Below are positions 10,404 through 18,071 of a stretch of 64,000 nucleotides of DNA, piece after piece. The notes under the pieces are model-generated. The model did not search any database. It was not told the origin of the DNA and saw nothing but the letters and a program-made list of their open reading frames with translations. Source of the stretch: an uncultured Gemmatimonadota bacterium (GTDB lineage Bacteria; SM23-81; DAOVCL01); assembly GCA_964626665.1 (NCBI GenBank), contig CAZVGK010000003.1, positions 32,001-96,000 of the forward strand, read 5' to 3'. The position numbers and the translations under genes were made by a program. Positions within the stretch are counted from its first letter, which is position 1. Each line of letters begins with the position of its first letter.

Positions 10404-11030
10404 TTATCTATCCTTCTCCACCCTCTCCTCCATTGTCTTCCTGAAGTGAAGCACCCTCTGAATTACGGTTATATTGGCAAAAATGGCTATAATCCATAAG
10501 GCTAACCTAAGAAAGAGATGTGCAGTATAGGGAATGCTTCCCAACATTGCCCCCACGCTCAAATAGGTCATCCTCTCCTCCCTCTTGAACATCCCCACCT
10601 TACACTCAATTCCGAACCCCTCAGACCTGGCCCTCACATAGCTCACCAAGAAGGATCCTATCAGACCCAGAATGACAACCCAGAGAAGATGGGAAGACCG
10701 CCAATAGAGGGCCAAACCAAGGAAGATAAACCCCTCGGAATATCTATCCACAGTTGAATCTAACAGGGCACCAAACTTTGATGCCTGATTGGTTCCGCGG
10801 GCCAGCTTTCCGTCTAAAAGATCACATACCCCGGCCAAGCCAACAAACAGCCCCCCCCAAAAGAACCTTCCTATACAAAAGAAGTAAGCGGCGAAAAGGC
10901 TAAAAAGAAGGCCGAGGAAGGTGAGTATGTTGGGGTGGATCCCCAACTTCTCCAAGAATCTGCCTATAGGCTCCAAGAACTTAAGAAAATCCCTTTTGAC
11001 CCCTTCACTCAGAAAGCTAAATTCAGCCAT
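10404..11030 (-). CDS. CDP-alcohol phosphatidyltransferase (phosphatidylinositol-phosphate synthase-like)
   Basis: HPNILT, D.LDG.LAR...S.FGA.LD...DR signature, SYVRAR.E, G.F.R.ER; next to ino1. Confidence 0.85.
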   Translation of the reverse strand: MAEFSFLSEGVKRDFLKFLEPIGRFLEKLGIHPNILTFLGLLFSLFAAYFFCIGRFFWGGLFVGLAGVCDLLDGKLARGTNQASKFGALLDSTVDRYSEGFIFLGLALYWRSSHLLWVVILGLIGSFLVSYVRARSEGFGIECKVGMFKREERMTYLSVGAMLGSIPYTAHLFLRLALWIIAIFANITVIQRVLHFRKTMEERVEKDR

Positions 11031-11060
11031 ACTACCTGCCTTTTAAAATTTTAACCCTCA

Positions 11061-11089
11061 AAAATACCATCTCATAATTGGCTTGTCAA
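11061..11089 (-). promoter_or_regulatory. sigma70 promoter for the phosphatidyltransferase/ino1 unit
   Basis: TTGACA-17 bp-TATTTT with TG extension on the minus strand. Confidence 0.55.
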
Positions 11090-11372
11090 GGGAAAAGCTC
11101 AATCCTTCCCATAATTACAGTTTATCAATAGATCAGCTAACGAAGCCTCGAATGTAGAATGAAGAATTGGGAAGAAAAGAACTATTGGCCGCCCGAGGGT
11201 AAGCAATGGAATTGCCCAGCCAGCTCCCCGTGCTCTTGGTGGATGTTATCATCCACAAAATCTTTCCCAGGAAAGGAGCTATACCTGCACAGGAAGATAA
11301 CTCCCGAAACTCATCTACTTTTGTCTGTTGACTCTAACCATTGTGAACCGTTACAGAGGGGAATTTTTCCCC

Positions 11373-11401
11373 TTGACAGGGGCGGTGGAAAAGAATATCT
11401 T
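11373..11401 (+). promoter_or_regulatory. sigma70 promoter for the PorV-like gene
   Basis: TTGACA-17 bp-TATCTT. Confidence 0.55.
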
Positions 11402-11430
11402 AAGTCACCACAAATCAATGGGGAGAGATT

Positions 11431-12372
11431 ATGAAAAGTAAAATGATTACATTTGGGGGTTTAGTTTGCCTGCTTCTGCTTAGTGGGATAGCGCAGGGAA
11501 TTAACGATAAGGCGGGCACATCTGCCTATCAATTTCTCAAAATTGGCCAGGGGGCAAGGGCAGTTGCTATGGGGGGGGCCTTCACTGGCTTGGCCGATGA
11601 TGAAAATGGCCTCTACTGGAATCCCGCGGGCCTGGTTCAGGCAAAAGGCAAAATAGCCACTTTCTCCTACAACAATTATTTGGCAGATATTCAATCTGGC
11701 TTTTTAGGCTACCTTTCCCCCTATGGGGAGGCTGATGCCTTAGGCATAAGCCTCCTCTATATGAACTATGGCGAGATGGACAGGATGGATGAGGAAGGAA
11801 TAAAACAAGGAACATTTGGGGCCAGCGATATGGCCTTCTCCCTAAGCTATGCCAAACCCATTAAAGATCGCCTATCTGTAGGGATAAACGGGAAGATAAT
11901 CTATGAGAGGATAGAGGACTACCGATCAGATAGTTATGCCATAGATTTAGGAGGCCTCTACAGGTTGGCCTCAGGGAAGACCCGGTTTGGCCTGATGGTG
12001 CAGAACTTAGGATTTCAAAGATCTGGCCTGACATCCGCACACAAGGATCCCTTGCCTACCACCCTGCGACTGGGCCTCTCTCACCGGCTTAAAGGTTTGC
12101 CCCTATTAGTTGATCTGGACCTGGCCAAGCCCTGGGACAACGATCTCTACTTCTCCCTGGGAGGAGAACTCTATTCCCTGAGGCCCTTAATTCTCAGGTT
12201 CGGTTACAATTATCAGAAAAGTAAAGCTGATGGGTCAAGTGGAGATAAATTAGCCGGTGGCTCCTGGGGATTGGGAATCCGCTGGAGGAGGTTCCGATTT
12301 GACTATGCCTATGTCTTCTCCTTTGCCTGCTTAGGGGGGAACCACAGGTTTTCCATCTCAAAAAGCCTTTAG
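11431..12372 (+). CDS. PorV/PorQ-family outer-membrane beta-barrel (T9SS-associated)
   Basis: signal peptide; FLKIG.GARAVAMG.A, YWNPAGL, C-terminal DYA....LG..HRFS. Confidence 0.8.
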   Translation: MKSKMITFGGLVCLLLLSGIAQGINDKAGTSAYQFLKIGQGARAVAMGGAFTGLADDENGLYWNPAGLVQAKGKIATFSYNNYLADIQSGFLGYLSPYGEADALGISLLYMNYGEMDRMDEEGIKQGTFGASDMAFSLSYAKPIKDRLSVGINGKIIYERIEDYRSDSYAIDLGGLYRLASGKTRFGLMVQNLGFQRSGLTSAHKDPLPTTLRLGLSHRLKGLPLLVDLDLAKPWDNDLYFSLGGELYSLRPLILRFGYNYQKSKADGSSGDKLAGGSWGLGIRWRRFRFDYAYVFSFACLGGNHRFSISKSL

Positions 12373-12381
12373 GGAGGGAAG

Positions 12382-12684
12382 TTGCTTAAGGAGGAGCTAA
12401 TCTGGCAAGCCCTCCAGAATGTCCTGGATCCGGAGATCGGGTTGAGTGTGGTGGATATGGGCCTGATCTATGAGGTAAAGGTAAAAGATGAGGGCAAGGT
12501 CTATGTAAAGATGACTCTCACCGTCCCTGGCTGTCCAATGCACGCCCTTATCGCCCAAAATGTGAAGAACGAAGTGGAAAGATTAAATGAGGTCAATGAG
12601 GCTGAAGTCGAGGTCACCTTTGATCCTCCTTGGACACCGGAGAGGATGTCCCAGGCCCTGAAGAAGAGATTTGGTTACGCATAA
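12382..12684 (+). CDS. DUF59/SufT-like Fe-S cluster assembly factor
   Basis: VLDPEIGLSVVDMGLIY, MTLTVPGCP, FDPPWTPERMS. Confidence 0.9.
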   Translation: MLKEELIWQALQNVLDPEIGLSVVDMGLIYEVKVKDEGKVYVKMTLTVPGCPMHALIAQNVKNEVERLNEVNEAEVEVTFDPPWTPERMSQALKKRFGYA

Positions 12685-12720
12685 ATGGTATGTTCCCTAT
12701 CTTCCCTTCTCTCCACTTAG

Positions 12721-12963
12721 CCCGAATCATTAACCAACCAGTAGTGGATGAACTTAATGTCTTGATTTTTAAAGATTTATGCATCGTTCTCTAGGGACAG
12801 ACCTTCAGGTCTGTCCGCTATCCTTCGGATTCCGATAGATTGGAGTCCGAAGGAATGAATTTCTGTCAGGGCAGAGCCCTGACATCACGGTAAAAATCCT
12901 GTCCTTAGAGCAAGAAGCCACCGCGATTTGAGATGCCACCTGCGAATTTATGAATAATTCAGG
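12721..12963. mobile_element. putative degenerate MITE (ends loosely resemble IS1380-type ends) containing a REP hairpin
   Basis: ends CCCGAATCATT / CCTGAATTATT(CATAAATTCGCA); flanks TTAG/TTAA; internal GGACAGACC..GGTCTGTCC at 12791-12816. Confidence 0.35.
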
Positions 12964-13162
12964 TTAATGGTTCGGGGTCCCTACTTTTCCCCTTTGATTA
13001 TCAGATATATACAAGAGTTAACCTAAGCGGTGCTCAGTTTAGGTCGGGCAAATGGGCCCCTAGCCAGGGCTCTACAAGTAGTGGTTCACCCATTGGGCAG
13101 TTGGGGGTGTAGTTTTTGGGGTGGGGAACATTCCGATGAGGGATACATTGGAAACTTGAAGG

Positions 13163-13363
13163 ATGAATATCGAAATTGAACTTGAGGAAAATGGTCGGTG
13201 GATAGCCGAGATTCCCGATCTTCCGGGTGTGATGACCTATGGGCAGAGTCGTGACGAAGCGATTTCAAAGATCAAAACTTTGGCCTTGCGTGTAAGGGCT
13301 GATCGATTCGAACCCAACAAGACAATTCCTGAATCGCGTGAGACCTTTGCGATACCGATATGA
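13163..13363 (+). CDS. hicB: HicB-family antitoxin (short form)
   Basis: IELEENGRWIAEIPDLPGVMTYGQSRDEA. Confidence 0.85.
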   Translation: MNIEIELEENGRWIAEIPDLPGVMTYGQSRDEAISKIKTLALRVRADRFEPNKTIPESRETFAIPI

Positions 13364-13506
13364 ATCAATGGTCGTCAACCAGAGCTCACCTTGTGCTTTC
13401 CGCACTGCTGCAAATTGGCTGGACGGTCAAGCGTCAATTTGGAACATCCGGCCGAGTTCTGTCGTGACCTGGCTGGCCCGATTGTGGCTTCGCATTTCAC
13501 GGCTGA
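13360..13506 (+). pseudogene. hicA: HicA toxin pseudogene
   Basis: ATGA overlap with hicB; MNQWSSTRAHLVLSALLQIGWTVKRQFGTSGRVLS*PGWPDCGFAFHG*; stops at 13465 and 13504; catalytic His position reads Gly. Confidence 0.75.
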
Positions 13507-13546
13507 GAGTGGCAAAAAAATCACTGGTTTCGTTGGAGTAGTAATT

Positions 13547-14590
13547 ATGAGGAACACAGAACAACAGACGCTCTTTCCTACTGAGAAGCAGGGTCCAAAT
13601 AGTTCGCAGGCACGCAGACCAACCACTGAGCCTTTTGGCAGGCTAGATAATGATTCCTCTTTGCGTTTAAGACTTCTTCCGCTCTGTCGGCTTAATTTTG
13701 GCGATGTTTGGGAAGATCCTGTTCGTGGGCACCGCGTCGGAGTTTTGGATGTCACCAACCCAGAACACCTCAAGTATATCCTTGGTGACCTCCGACCTAC
13801 GTTGATCGTTAACGATCCGCCTTACAATGTGGCGGTGGGAAATGCAAACACAAGGAGTATCTCGAAGCAACCGCTACCGCAATACATTGAATTCTCCCGA
13901 AAATGGGTATTGAATTGTCTCGCTGTCACGGCCAGGGATTGTCACTGGTACATCTGGATTGGAGCTGATTATAAAGACGATTTCCAACCTTTACCAGATT
14001 TCATGATCATGATGCGGGAGTTTTCCCAGCTTGCGCCAAGGAATTTTATCACTTTGAGGAACCAACGAGGATACGGGACACAGAAAAACTGGATGTGGGT
14101 AAGACAAGAGCTTCTTAATTACACTCAAGGCAATCCATCTTTCTCGGTAGTATATACCGATATTCCCAAAATCCTCAAGGGTTATTATAAGACTATCAAC
14201 GGGAGACGTACTGAGAACTTGGAGAGGAGTAAATCCGAGAACATACGCCCAGGAAATGTCTGGGTCGACATTCAGCAGGTTTTCTACCGGATGGAGGAGA
14301 ATGTCCCAGGTTGTTATGCACAAAAACCACTAAAAGCCATCGAACGCCTTCTCTTGACAAGCAGCCAAAAAGGGGATGTGGTGCTGGATTGCTTTGCTCA
14401 CTCCGGCACAACATTGCTGTCCGGCGAACGAACAGGAAGACGGGTTATTACATTTGACATCGATCCAGTTTTCGCTGAATTATCGATCAGAAGACTTGAG
14501 CACTTTAGACAAACAGGCAAAACTGGATGGCAATGGCACAATCCTTTCCCTGAGATAAGGGACAAACATGACGCAGCGACAATTACGTGA
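13547..14590 (+). CDS. N4-C/N6-A DNA methyltransferase, beta class
   Basis: NDPPY motif IV before AQKP and the motif I variant DCFAHSGTT; GGAG SD before ATG 13547. Confidence 0.88.
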   Translation: MRNTEQQTLFPTEKQGPNSSQARRPTTEPFGRLDNDSSLRLRLLPLCRLNFGDVWEDPVRGHRVGVLDVTNPEHLKYILGDLRPTLIVNDPPYNVAVGNANTRSISKQPLPQYIEFSRKWVLNCLAVTARDCHWYIWIGADYKDDFQPLPDFMIMMREFSQLAPRNFITLRNQRGYGTQKNWMWVRQELLNYTQGNPSFSVVYTDIPKILKGYYKTINGRRTENLERSKSENIRPGNVWVDIQQVFYRMEENVPGCYAQKPLKAIERLLLTSSQKGDVVLDCFAHSGTTLLSGERTGRRVITFDIDPVFAELSIRRLEHFRQTGKTGWQWHNPFPEIRDKHDAATIT

Positions 14591-15272
14591 GTACCTGAAT
14601 CGCCTTATGTCGTCTTTGCAGAAAGAGGATAGAGCTCTGTTGGATGCCCGTCTCAAAGGACTCGTTTCGGTTTTCCCCTTTAACGAGTATGAGTATATTC
14701 TCATGTTTCTCCGCGATCGATCGGTGATTACTTTCCAGGCTTATGAGGAATTAAGAGACAGCTATGTGTCCAAAAACAAATACCTCAATCTTTACGGGCT
14801 AGCACCCCGTATTTTTGGTCAGATATGGGCAGAACAGCATCTTCAGGATCTTGACAGACGTTTCAGGAAAGCTAACAAGACCGTTGATCCTGAATACGAA
14901 GGTCAGTATGATCTTTGGATCGAGGGTCTCAGAGTCGAAATAAAAGCAGCCCGTGCGATAGATACCAAGAAAAGAGGGGACCTCGTGTCAAAAGCGCTTA
15001 GATACGACTCTGATCGCCCCTTCTGGATGAATTTCCAACAGCTCAAGTTGGATATCTGTGATGTGTTTATCTTCACAGGTGTGTGGGTTGATCGAATTCT
15101 CTACTGGGTCCTTTCAAACGATGAGGTCAAAGCCAATCCGTACCTGAGTCATCAGCACCGGGGAGGTGTTGAATACCAAATCGGAATAACAAACAAGAAC
15201 ATCCGCGATTTTAACAGATTTCTCGTCCCAGGATCAAAGGTCGTTGACCGCATCCTCGAAATCGGGCGATGA
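14568..15272 (+). CDS. putative type II restriction endonuclease (PD-(D/E)xK)
   Basis: E..YDLW....VEIK..FQQLK catalytic pattern; overlaps the MTase 3' end. Confidence 0.65.
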   Translation: MTQRQLREYLNRLMSSLQKEDRALLDARLKGLVSVFPFNEYEYILMFLRDRSVITFQAYEELRDSYVSKNKYLNLYGLAPRIFGQIWAEQHLQDLDRRFRKANKTVDPEYEGQYDLWIEGLRVEIKAARAIDTKKRGDLVSKALRYDSDRPFWMNFQQLKLDICDVFIFTGVWVDRILYWVLSNDEVKANPYLSHQHRGGVEYQIGITNKNIRDFNRFLVPGSKVVDRILEIGR

Positions 15273-15314
15273 CTATTATAATCATAACTGCACTGCAAAA
15301 AGGCCGAAAATTTG

Positions 15315-15390
15315 GGTAGTCGCAACCTTTAGGTTGCGTAAGTGGTTGATTTATCCAACTCCTTTTCGCGGGCTAAAGCCTGCGACTACC
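15315..15390. repeat. REPIN-like inverted doublet of GTAG REPs
   Basis: GGTAGTCGCAACCTTTAGGTTGCG ... CGCGGGCTAAAGCCTGCGACTACC. Confidence 0.75.
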
Positions 15391-15436
15391 GATTCTATGG
15401 TTCTTGCAATAAAGTCAATCACTTGATATCAAAACA

Positions 15437-15661
15437 ATCCAACAGGGCGCTGCATTGGGCGGCAATTCCGCTAGGCGCCACAGTTGGTGCCGATCAGGCG
15501 TTCAGTTGGCCTAACAAAGGGCTCCAGCCAACGTTGAGGATGGCGCAGCTCAACCTTAAAGTGGCCGTTAAATGCTTTTATTTTGGGTGGCGGAACCCCG
15601 TTTTGCCACCCAATTTTTTGGGCCGTCAGATGAGCGAAGCTGACGGCTCGTGAGGTTAGGA
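15437..15661 (+). mobile_element. cluster of degenerate attC-like sites
   Basis: ATCCAAC-AGGGCGCTGCA..GGCAATTCCGCT at 15437; GCCTAAC-AAAGGGCTCCAGC..CAGCT..GTTAAAT at 15509-15573; hairpin ending in GTTAGGA at 15655-15661. Confidence 0.55.
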
Positions 15662-15681
15662 TAGAAAGGAGGCAAAATTTT

Positions 15682-16296
15682 ATGGAAATATACGCTGCAA
15701 TAATGACACTTGCTTTTGTGGGATTCTTCCTTACCACACTGACTCAGTCCCACAAAATTGAGAAGTTCCAGGAGATTGATGTTGAACGGATTAACATCGT
15801 CGGTGGTCAGGGCAGGAAACATCTGGTTATCTCGAACCCTGAGAGATGCCCTGATCCAGTGGTCAATGGTAAGGAATTGAAGGGTATGAGGAGCATAAAA
15901 CCTTCGGGGTTGATCTTCTACGATGCGAAAGGCAACGAAGTCGGCGGGTTAGCAACAGCGCAAACCGCGGGTGGGAAAATTTCCTTGATAGCTTTCGACT
16001 GGGCGATGGCGGAGGCTATCGGTTTTAACCGTTGGGAGAGCGATGACGGCAAAAAGCATTCAGCTTCGTTTCTGATCCTCGACCCACCACCACCGGGGGT
16101 GAAAATAGAGGAGGCAGCAAGCAAACAAAAGACTCGCGTCATCATTGAGGATGACAACAAGGATGCCCGAATTATCCTCTCCGATGCCGAAGGCAAAGAG
16201 CGCATCAAACTATTGGTTGATCGGAAAGGAGAGGCGAGCATACAAATCCTCGACAAAAGCGGGAAGGTGGTTTTCAGAGCCCCGAAAGAGGAGTAA
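15682..16296 (+). CDS. hypothetical exported protein (probable integron cassette)
   Basis: AGGAGG SD; N-terminal hydrophobic segment; flanked by GTTAGGA and TCCTAAC. Confidence 0.75.
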   Translation: MEIYAAIMTLAFVGFFLTTLTQSHKIEKFQEIDVERINIVGGQGRKHLVISNPERCPDPVVNGKELKGMRSIKPSGLIFYDAKGNEVGGLATAQTAGGKISLIAFDWAMAEAIGFNRWESDDGKKHSASFLILDPPPPGVKIEEAASKQKTRVIIEDDNKDARIILSDAEGKERIKLLVDRKGEASIQILDKSGKVVFRAPKEE

Positions 16297-16641
16297 TCCT
16301 AACGGAGCAGGTGCACAACCAAAAAATCATTGGGCATCGTTACTCGTAGCTCGTTTCTCGTTATCCCCAAACCCTATACTTCTACCCTCGCTGAAACGGG
16401 GGGTAAGAGGACCTTAGCCCTCAATAAAAAGGGCCTAAAGGCCCTGAACCCATACTAAAGTGCGGTAGAAACCCTCTACTCAAACTTGCCTGATAAACTT
16501 TGTCAAAAAACAAGATCTGGCCAGATTGTAGAACAGATAGAAAAAGACATCGTGGCTCGTAGGATCCGCGGGGTTTAAGTCTTTTATCATTCGTCATTTC
16601 CATCCTCAAAAGAGAGGTGGCAGAACCCCCGTTCTGCCACC

Positions 16642-18006
16642 TCAATCCCTCTTTTCATACTGGCCGTATTTGATCAGTTTCTCCCTGAGGGTGGATCGGG
16701 AGATGCCCAAGCGACGAGCGGCCAATGACTTATTCCCACCTGTATCCTGGAGCACATTTAGTATGTGCATCCTCTCCATCTCTTCCAGGCTGTAATCGAG
16801 GCTGTATTGAGTAAGGGGTTCCTCAGCCTCTTTCCCCCTCACCTCCCAGGGGAGATGCTGGGGCAAAACCTCCTCGCCATTAGCCAGAAGAACAGCCCTC
16901 TCCAGGGAGTTCTTCAGTTCCCTCACATTACCCGGCCAGTCATAGGCCTCTAAGAGGGACTCAGCCTTTGGAGAGATACTCCCAATTGTCTTCTTAAACT
17001 CCTCGTTAAAATGGCTGAGGAAAGAATAGGCCAGAGGAATAATATCATCCCTTCTCTGCCTAAGGGGAGGGATGTGAATCTCCATCACTTTGAGCCTGTA
17101 GTAAAGGTCCTCACGGAAGGTCTTCTCCCTGGTGGATTGCATAAGATCCTTGTTGGTGGCCGCTATTATCCGCACATCAACCTGCAAATCCCTGGTCCCC
17201 CCCACTCTTTTGAATGTCTGGGTCTCCAAAAACCTCAATAGTTTAGGCTGCAGGGAGAGGCTGAGGTCACCGATCTCATCCAAAAATACCGTTCCTCCAT
17301 CCGCCAACTCAAAGAGTCCCTTATGCTGGGTCTTGGCATCGGTAAAGGCCCCCTTCTCATGGCCGAAGATATGGGCCTCCATCAGGTTCTCCGGTATGGC
17401 GCTGCAGTTTAAGTCCATAAGCGGTTTGCTCGCCCGAGAACCCCTCTGGTGAATGGCATGGGCGATGAGTTCTTTCCCTGTTCCCGTCTCCCCTTGAATA
17501 AGCACTGATGTCTTGGGGGTTTGACTGACCTTGTCCACCAGCTCCAGCACCTCTTTCATCCTCCCGGACCTGGCTACAATTCCGGTCTCTGCCCACCCCT
17601 CCATTCTACTCCGTTTCAGCCTGTTCAACTCCATCTTCAACTTCTGAGTCTCCAGGCCCTTGGAGATGATTAGTTTCATCTCATCCAGTTCAAATGGTTT
17701 ATTAATGTAGTCGTAAGCCCCCATCTTCATCGCCCGCACCGCGGTCTCCACATCTGCATACCCGGTCATCACAATAGCAAGGATCATTGGGTCCAAATCT
17801 TTTATCTTCCCCATTGTCTCCAAACCATTCATTCCCGGTAGCCTAATATCCAGGATAACCAGATCCACTAACTCCTTCTCCACGGTTTGCAGGGCTTCCT
17901 CCCCACTGCTCGTGCAGAGGACATTATAGCCCTCTGCCCGCAGGGCCATCATCAGGGATGACCGCAAAGTCTCCTCATCTTCAACTATTAATACCGTAAA
18001 GCTCAT
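16642..18006 (-). CDS. sigma54-dependent response regulator (NtrC/AtoC family)
   Basis: REC domain (DLVILD), GETGTGKE, GAFTDA, WPGNVREL, Fis-type HTH. Confidence 0.95.
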   Translation of the reverse strand: MSFTVLIVEDEETLRSSLMMALRAEGYNVLCTSSGEEALQTVEKELVDLVILDIRLPGMNGLETMGKIKDLDPMILAIVMTGYADVETAVRAMKMGAYDYINKPFELDEMKLIISKGLETQKLKMELNRLKRSRMEGWAETGIVARSGRMKEVLELVDKVSQTPKTSVLIQGETGTGKELIAHAIHQRGSRASKPLMDLNCSAIPENLMEAHIFGHEKGAFTDAKTQHKGLFELADGGTVFLDEIGDLSLSLQPKLLRFLETQTFKRVGGTRDLQVDVRIIAATNKDLMQSTREKTFREDLYYRLKVMEIHIPPLRQRRDDIIPLAYSFLSHFNEEFKKTIGSISPKAESLLEAYDWPGNVRELKNSLERAVLLANGEEVLPQHLPWEVRGKEAEEPLTQYSLDYSLEEMERMHILNVLQDTGGNKSLAARRLGISRSTLREKLIKYGQYEKRD

Positions 18007-18071
18007 CTCACCTGCCTATTTTGTAACGGTTCACAGAGGTCAGGGGTCCGTCAATTGTTGGTTGCCAGTTG

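Noticed and set aside
11159-11434. 91-aa ORF or gene remnant upstream of the PorV-like gene
   Set aside because: No recognisable motif and it spans the predicted promoter
13391-13546. N-terminal extension of the methyltransferase given by the ORF track
   Set aside because: Overlaps the hicA remnant; an SD-supported ATG lies at 13547
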